Below, piece by piece: positions 62,495-64,000 of a stretch of 64,000 nt of DNA (within the stretch, counting starts at the first letter, position 1; the number at the start of each line of letters is the position of its first letter). Source of the stretch: an uncultured Planctomycetaceae bacterium (lineage in GTDB: Bacteria; Planctomycetota; Planctomycetia; Planctomycetales; Planctomycetaceae); NCBI GenBank assembly GCA_963815195.1, contig CAWFGE010000012.1:576001-640000 (forward strand), written 5' to 3'. A program made the translations under genes and the position numbers. The notes beneath the pieces were generated by a model that saw nothing but the letters and a program-made list of their open reading frames with translations, was not told where the DNA came from and made no database searches.

Positions 62495-64000
62495 TCACAG
62501 CGGCTCGGTCACCAATTCGCCGGCATCGGCGGGCTGGGGAGCGGAATTCTCTAACGCGGGATTCGGCTCTTTCGCCGCCGATTGAGCCGATGGGCCCGGG
62601 TGTTTGCGTTTCACGCCGAACAGGACCAGGCACGCCGGTAGCATCAACAAATCGCCCACGAGCGCCCCGGCCATCGTCACGATCAACAGTTCCGCAAACC
62701 GCCGGGTGGGAACGAATTGGGAAAGCAGCAGCACCGCCAGTCCGCCGACGATGAGCAAACTCGTCAAGACCATCGCCGGCCCGGTGCCTTTGAGAGCCGC
62801 TCGGGTGGCTTCGAAGGCATTCGGATGTTTGGGAAACTCCTCGCGGAAGCGGTACAGCAGGTGAATCGTATTGTCCACGGCGATGCCCAGGCTGATCGTA
62901 AACACGATCACGTTGCCCGCGTTCATGTCGTAGCCCCGCCAGCCCATGTAGCCCAACGTCAAAATCAAAGGGGTCGTGTTGGGGAGGGCCGAGAGCAAAC
63001 CCGCCCGCGGCGAGCGGAACAGGACGCCGATGATCAAAAAGATCACGCCGCACGCGGTCAGCAGAGAGACCATCAAATCGCGGATCAACTGTTCCATCGC
63101 CATCGTGATGACATAGGCGTCGCCGGTGAGTTTGAACGTCACGCCGCTGCCGGCTGGAAAGGTCTCGGCAAGTTCGCGTTCGAGACGCTCGATAAGTTGG
63201 CCGGTTTTGTGGGTGCCTTCGTCGCGGACTTTGAGGAGCAACCGGGCGCGGTGCTTGTCGGGCGTCATAAAGGCGGAGTACCCGATTTCTTCCGACACCC
63301 CGCGGAGACGCACGGCACTCCGGTCCAGCCGCTTCTGGAAGTTGGAGATCGGTTCTTTTTCCGGGGAGGCCAACAGCTCGGCGAGGGCCGGCTCGACCTC
63401 GGCATGCAAATTGAGATACGAGCGTTCGAACACCACGCCGGGCTGCCGGCTCGCGAAGCGTTGGACTTCCGCGATCTTGCGGACGACGTTTTCATCGAGG
63501 AATCGCTTGTTTTTGGCGAGATGCAGGTCGATTTCGAGCGGGAACAGACCGGACAGGCGGCGTTCCACGAGCCGAATCGTGCGGATCGTGGGGTGCGACT
63601 GGTCGTAGGTTTCGATCGTGTAAGAATTGATCTTGACGTTCCGGGCCGCGAACAACGCGAGCCCCATCAACACGAAACTCCCCGCAAGCGTGAGTTTGGG
63701 GTACTGTGTGACCAGGTTGCCGACCCCTTCGAGACTTCGCTTCAGTCCGAAGTTCCGGCCGCCAACGCGGATGCCCGGCCGGGGCGGACGCAGCCAAGGC
63801 AATAGCGCGGTCAAGGTGATGATGATCGCAAAATACAACAGCACCATGCCCATCGTGGCCTGCCAGCCGAACGCCCGGAGCACGTCCGAATGCGCCGTCG
63901 CCAGGCTCGCAAAGCCCGCCGCCGTCGTCAAAAACGTGAGCAGACACGCCATCGCCATGTGCCGCATCGTGCACTCCACGGCCTCCCGGCGGTCGAGCAC
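62495..64000 (-). CDS. MMPL/RND-family transporter (5-prime end outside window)
   Basis: LTFLTTAAGF.SL, LTGD, ISLGIAVDNTIH, TGPAMVLTS, GDLLMLPA. Confidence 0.88.
   Translation of the reverse strand: MLDRREAVECTMRHMAMACLLTFLTTAAGFASLATAHSDVLRAFGWQATMGMVLLYFAIIITLTALLPWLRPPRPGIRVGGRNFGLKRSLEGVGNLVTQYPKLTLAGSFVLMGLALFAARNVKINSYTIETYDQSHPTIRTIRLVERRLSGLFPLEIDLHLAKNKRFLDENVVRKIAEVQRFASRQPGVVFERSYLNLHAEVEPALAELLASPEKEPISNFQKRLDRSAVRLRGVSEEIGYSAFMTPDKHRARLLLKVRDEGTHKTGQLIERLERELAETFPAGSGVTFKLTGDAYVITMAMEQLIRDLMVSLLTACGVIFLIIGVLFRSPRAGLLSALPNTTPLILTLGYMGWRGYDMNAGNVIVFTISLGIAVDNTIHLLYRFREEFPKHPNAFEATRAALKGTGPAMVLTSLLIVGGLAVLLLSQFVPTRRFAELLIVTMAGALVGDLLMLPACLVLFGVKRKHPGPSAQSAAKEPNPALENSAPQPADAGELVTEPL

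Overview
GC-rich bacterial window that looks like a planctomycete chromosome (DUF1501, di-haem DHOR protein, WD40/LRR proteins, giant TPR-alpha-2-macroglobulin, many intergenic palindromes; taxon is inferred). Housekeeping genes (ispF, cysS, ruvC, rho, gyrB/parE-like, purM, feoB, aconitase, ABC transporters) are mixed with accessory genes. The most striking feature is at 475-2463: a Ro60/Rsr (TROVE-vWA) gene preceded by three related structured RNA units. The first is a full circularly permuted class-II tRNA mimic (YrlA-like), the second lacks the D arm, and the third is a minimal unit with alternative folds beside the rsr ribosome-binding site. Other points: a soluble-adenylyl-cyclase-like tandem cyclase/STAND/TPR protein, a candidate local sigma-54 regulon, a complete ISKra4-type IS with a 9-bp target duplication and a T4C6 frame shift, a ~700-nt structured rho leader, and a ~2,830-aa TPR-macroglobulin with no thioester. 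Nine genes are frameshifted and eight breaks lie on or beside GCGC, which points to methylation-linked sequencing errors rather than pseudogenes. All calls come from reading the sequence and ORF track; no searches were run.
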